Shown: piece by piece, positions 63,701-64,000 of the stretch | Layout of the letters: every line of letters starts with the position of its first letter | How positions within the stretch are numbered: the stretch's first letter is position 1 | Source: Auanema rhodensis | Taxonomy: Eukaryota; Animalia; Nematoda | Direction of reading: 5' to 3' | Assembly (NCBI GenBank): GCA_964057225.1 | Contig: OZ059899.1 | Location: forward strand, 12,028,001-12,092,000 | DNA length: 64,000 nucleotides | Notes under the pieces: model-generated | Told to the model about the DNA's origin: nothing | The model's database searches: none | What the model saw: only the letters and a program-made list of their open reading frames with translations | Position numbers and translations under genes: made by a program

Positions 63701-64000
63701 GTAGTGTTCTTTCGAAGCGAGCAGTAGCACTTTCTAGTTGCAGACGAATAATATCCCATCTAGAAGTAAAGTATATATTAAATATAAATAATATAATTAT
63801 ACTTTTTATCGATATCAGCTAATTCTTGTACAGTAAAATTCATTCGGCTACTCATAATGGTACTAAACAGACTACGATATTCAACGAATTCTTTGCGAAC
63901 ACGGAAAAACACCTGAAACATTACATATTTTTAGGATTCATGTGAAACTGTAGAACTTATGACAACAAAGAGGAAACAATGCTCACCTGTTGCTGTTCGT
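12569..64000 (-). CDS. anc-1: Giant nesprin-family KASH protein ANC-1 (multi-exon; 5' end and presumed CH domains beyond the right edge)
   Basis: Terminal exons encode RWRRVLRTALPLQ-AMLVLLLGAACLVPHCDDEYCCQLLNNFARSFDPSLEFVNGPPPF* (TAG at 12569-12571), essentially the C. elegans ANC-1 KASH. Contains ~900-aa helical tandem repeats. Upstream exons splice in frame from ~63,900 to 53,775. Confidence 0.97.
13752..51947 (-). repeat. anc-1: Coding tandem array of ~13.8 units x 2772 bp (908 aa + 48-nt intron), >99% identical
   Basis: Shadow ORFs recur every 2772 bp. 14 copies of the intron start at 14050 + n*2772 (last at 50086). Only about a dozen scattered SNPs were seen. Confidence 0.97.
51948..52310 (-). 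repeat. anc-1: Extra partial copy of the first segment of the unit (ELRKKLDD...KKTAE), offset 492 bp from its neighbour, slightly diverged
   Basis: Shadow ORFs at 51703 and 52195 are 492 bp apart. Differences: DDAKE vs DDAEE, HDQ vs HNE, LIEK vs LTDK, LAKK vs LVKK. Confidence 0.9.
53504..54782 (-). repeat. anc-1: Second tandem array of ~3.7 units x 348 bp (306-nt phase-0 exon, 102 aa, + 42-nt intron)
   Basis: ORFs at 53776, 54124 and 54472 are spaced by 348 bp; introns GTAATT...TTCTAG at 53776-53817, 54124-54165 and 54472-54513. Confidence 0.95.
57839..57868. repeat. (GA)n microsatellite in an anc-1 intron
   Basis: gagaaagagagaaagagagagagagagaga. Confidence 0.8.
58428..58457. repeat. (GAT)7(GAG)3 microsatellite in an anc-1 intron
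   Basis: gatgatgatgatgatgatgatgaggaggag read directly. Confidence 0.8.

Overview
AT-rich eukaryotic DNA with very short (~42-50 nt) GT-AG introns and operon-like gene spacing, so almost certainly a nematode. The tRNA and KASH sequences are near-identical to C. elegans, but the 3' splice sites are looser than the Caenorhabditis TTTCAG consensus. Left 12 kb: a candidate first exon with a CArG/TATA promoter (-); a CREC-family EF-hand gene (calumenin/reticulocalbin-like, -); and, head-to-head with it, a probable 4-gene operon (+) of ORP9/obr-4, PSMG4-like, SDHAF4 and a CSN7-like PCI gene that carries an antisense intronic tRNA-Ala(AGC). From 12.6 kb to the right edge lies one giant minus-strand gene, anc-1 (nesprin-type KASH protein), whose 5' end and presumed CH domains are outside the window. 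Its core is ~13.8 nearly identical 2772-bp tandem units. Each unit is 2724 coding nt (908 aa) plus an identical 48-nt in-frame, stop-free intron, which is why the ORF finder reports one 13,451-aa ORF. A second array of ~3.7 x 348-bp exon+intron units lies just upstream. By hand estimate the spliced protein is ~15,000 aa within the window, versus ~8,500 aa with six 903-aa repeats in C. elegans. The array edges record its history: a microhomology junction, a diverged relic unit with its own introns, and SNPs shared between distant units. No CRISPR, rRNA or recognisable transposon was seen.
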